NCBI GenBank assembly: GCA_036785375.1
Contig: JAWMAR010000005.1
Location: 496,001 to 560,000, forward strand
DNA length: 64,000 nucleotides
Origin: Leucoraja ocellata
Taxonomy: Eukaryota
Reading direction: 5' to 3'
Shown here: piece by piece, positions 63,001 to 64,000 of the stretch
Layout: every line of letters begins with the position of its first letter
How positions within the stretch are numbered: position 1 is the first letter of the stretch
Made by a program: the position numbers and the translations under genes
Notes under the pieces: generated by a model
What the model was told of the DNA's origin: nothing
Databases searched by the model: none
What the model saw: the letters and a program-made list of their open reading frames with translations, nothing else

Positions 63001-63218
63001 CTCTGGAAGCCTGGGCCAATGATGTTGTCCTCGCTGTACTCCATGAAACGGCCATCCTCAAACGATACTGTGTACGAGGTGTTGCCATTCCCGCTGTCCA
63101 GTCGGAATGCTTGGATCAGGCCAGGGATCAGCATCCCATCACCAGAAGGGTTGGGGGTGTGGACGGGGGCGCCCAGCAGGGAGCGCTTTCCCAGACGTCT
63201 TGACAGCACGCTGACCAT
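53917..63218 (-). CDS. ZNF395: ZNF395/ZNF704/SLC2A4RG-family transcription factor, 456 aa. complement(join(53917..54028,54974..55092,55704..55968,57302..57402,58491..58675,59862..59965,60867..61099,62967..63218))
   Basis: N-terminus [16 protein letters not shown] (ZNF395-like); QPGQKVY...GVVEQH; [18 protein letters not shown]; EPAPRKRK; C2H2 finger [10 protein letters not shown]...HIRTIHLG; [12 protein letters not shown]; C-clamp [28 protein letters not shown]. All junctions GT-AG and in phase. Exact paralog is uncertain. Confidence 0.88.
54974..55092 (-). CDS. ZNF395-like coding exon 7
   Basis: ccaccacag| acceptor, AA|gtaagt donor, phase 0/2. [11 protein letters not shown]...HIIFASTPQ. Confidence 0.78.
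55704..55968 (-). CDS. ZNF395-like coding exon 6 ([12 protein letters not shown]...LSRSAP...DHTYQ)
   Basis: ctgacag| acceptor, CAG|gtagga donor, phase 2/0. Confidence 0.88.
57302..57402 (-). CDS. ZNF395-like coding exon 5 (C2H2 zinc finger)
   Basis: [34 protein letters not shown]; phase 0/2. Confidence 0.9.
58491..58675 (-). CDS. ZNF395-like coding exon 4 (Ser-rich, ...EEPAPRKRK)
   Basis: atggcag| acceptor, AAG|gtacgg donor, phase 1/0. Confidence 0.85.
59408..59850 (+). mobile_element. CR1 3' fragment in a ZNF395-like intron
   Basis: [20 protein letters not shown]; (TATATGGT)n tail. Confidence 0.85.
59862..59965 (-). CDS. ZNF395-like coding exon 3 (conserved region [18 protein letters not shown])
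   Basis: ctggcag| acceptor, G|gtaggg donor, phase 2/1. Confidence 0.88.
60867..61099 (-). CDS. ZNF395-like coding exon 2 ([17 protein letters not shown]...IDVPP)
   Basis: cccccag| acceptor, AG|gtaggt donor, phase 0/2. Confidence 0.85.
61245..62566 (+). mobile_element. Two tandem non-autonomous Helitron-like elements (61245-61786 and 61787-62566)
   Basis: Each ends in a GC hairpin plus cacttggtCTAG (61783-61786) or a degenerate cacttggcctat. They share the internal sequence gttcagattg.tgttatatttt.caagttatt. Confidence 0.5.
62585..62830 (-). mobile_element. CR1 fragment
   Basis: [20 protein letters not shown]. Confidence 0.75.
62967..63218 (-). CDS. ZNF395-like coding exon 1
   Basis: ATG at 63218, donor AAG|gtaagt. 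An acceptor (ccgcag) ending at 63225 implies an upstream non-coding exon. Confidence 0.85.
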
Positions 63219-64000
63219 TCTGCCCTGCGGCGATGAGGGTAAAGACAGGGCACAGTGTTAGGCTTAGGCTGGACAGTCAGCAAACTCCTGCATCCAGCCC
63301 ACATCATCTAACTTCAGACGAGACCCCCAGCGGTATGTTAAGGGCAGCATAGTGGTGCAGCAGGTAGAGCCACTGCCTCACAGCTCCTGTGATCCATGTT
63401 TGATTACAACTTCCCGTATTGGCTGTGTGGAGTTTGCATGCTCTCCCCATGATCGTGTGAGCTTGCCCCGGATTCCCCCATATCGTGAAGACACGCGGGT
63501 CAGTAGGTTAATTGGCCACTATAAATGTCCCCTAGTGTGTAGTTGGGTGGTGGTGTAGGGGGGAGTTGATCGGAATGAGGGGAGGATAAAATGGGATTAG
63601 TGCAAATGGGTGGCTGGTGGTCAGCACAGCTGCAGTGGGCAAAAGGGCCTGTTATTGTGCTGTTGGACTCTGATAGTCAACTTGTATCCATGTGCATGTA
63701 TCAGAGCCAAGACCAAGCCAAGGCAGCCTGATTTAAACCCACACCAGCCCACAAGTTGCATCACACCTTGGTTTGAGAACAGCTCTGCCCAAATCTGCAA
63801 GAGATTGTAGAGAGTTGTGGATGTAACCCAGCCCATCAAACAGACCAGACACCTCACTACTGACACCATCTACACATCACAATGCCTCAGAAAAGCAGCC
63901 AACATAATCAAAGACATTCCACTCCATCGTCACACGTCAAGATGCAGCTTGAAAGCATGCACATGCAGACTCAGGAAAAGCATCTTCCTCTTAGTAATCA

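Overview
Eukaryotic genomic DNA, very probably from a cartilaginous fish (skate/ray-like). This is inferred from the repeat content: CR1/HER1-type LINEs with (TTTCTATG)n tails, V-SINEs, Penelope hairpins, Rex1/Babar LINEs and a DIRS element. Most ORFs in the supplied track are transposon debris. Two spliced genes can be reconstructed by hand. (1) A plus-strand gene at about 18780-41203 encodes a non-rearranging antigen-receptor-like inhibitory receptor. Its layout is a leader exon, four tandem exons each encoding a pre-joined V-J Ig domain (short CDR3, YxC-x-x-W, G-x-G J motif), an uncharged transmembrane exon and three cytoplasmic exons carrying YSTV, an ITIM (ILYADI) and an ITSM (TEYAAI). 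All junctions are GT-AG and phase-compatible, giving about 601 aa. The best leader exon has an in-frame TGA. Domains 2 and 4 are 96.5% identical, but only within the exons. (2) A convergent minus-strand ZNF395/ZNF704/SLC2A4RG-family gene (8 coding exons, 456 aa, C2H2 finger plus C-clamp) lies at 53917-63218. The window also holds a structurally complete but decayed DIRS1-type tyrosine-recombinase retrotransposon (2916-7623) with a readable recombination core, an ERV pol fragment and a 149-N assembly gap. No database searches were possible, so family assignments rest on motif recognition.
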